From contig OZ024760.1 in NCBI GenBank assembly GCA_964016885.1, positions 4,650,001 to 4,714,000 on the forward strand: 64,000 nucleotides of DNA. The letters are read 5' to 3'. Numbering within the stretch: the first letter of the stretch is position 1; each line of letters opens with the position of its first letter. Of this stretch, positions 63,830 to 64,000 are shown one piece after another. The DNA is from Eledone cirrhosa. Taxonomy: Eukaryota. The notes under the pieces are model-generated. The model searched no databases and had not been told where the DNA came from. It was given only the letters and a program-made list of their open reading frames with translations. The translations under genes and the position numbers were made by a program.

Positions 63830-64000
63830 CATAAACGAACTAAGGAAAAAATTAGAAATAAGAGGGATCAGATGTTGTTTACTCGAGAGAAGGCTACGTT
63901 GGTACGGTCACGTGATGCGCATGAAAGACGACAGCTGTATAACAAAGTGCAGGGCAATAAAGATAGACGGTAGCCACGGAGTAGGCAGACCCAGAAAAAC
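63830..64000 (+). mobile_element. RTE LINE ORF2 C-terminal fragment running off the window end
   Basis: Translates [55 protein letters not shown], with typical [11 protein letters not shown] and GRPRK motifs. Confidence 0.8.

Overview
AT-rich, microsatellite- and SINE-dense animal genomic DNA. The repeat families and style suggest an octopod cephalopod; this is inference and no database search was run. Two spliced genes lie head-to-head around a compact promoter at about 7.9-8.2 kb. RPL10/uL16 is on the minus strand (5 coding exons, 219 aa, 5'TOP-type leader exon). SNX29 is on the plus strand (RUN, coiled-coil and PX domains; 22 coding exons, 8248-60872, about 864 aa). The last RPL10 intron holds an H/ACA snoRNA resembling SNORA16/snR46, predicted to guide a pseudouridine near the 28S peptidyl-transferase centre. 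SNX29 intron 1 (about 28.5 kb) contains a 16.4-kb, highly homogeneous array of about 178 x 92-bp monomers with no net indels. Each monomer is bracketed by box C- and box D-like motifs, has strong fold/pseudoknot potential and carries a small combinatorial variant code; the array also has a 42-mer internal duplication. Several minimal type I hammerhead-ribozyme motifs and fold-back palindromes sit next to (TA)n tracts. The rest is tRNA-derived SINEs, RTE/CR1-like LINE fragments, piggyBac/hAT/Tc1-type MITEs and smaller tandem repeats. Most ORFs in the supplied track are low-complexity artefacts.
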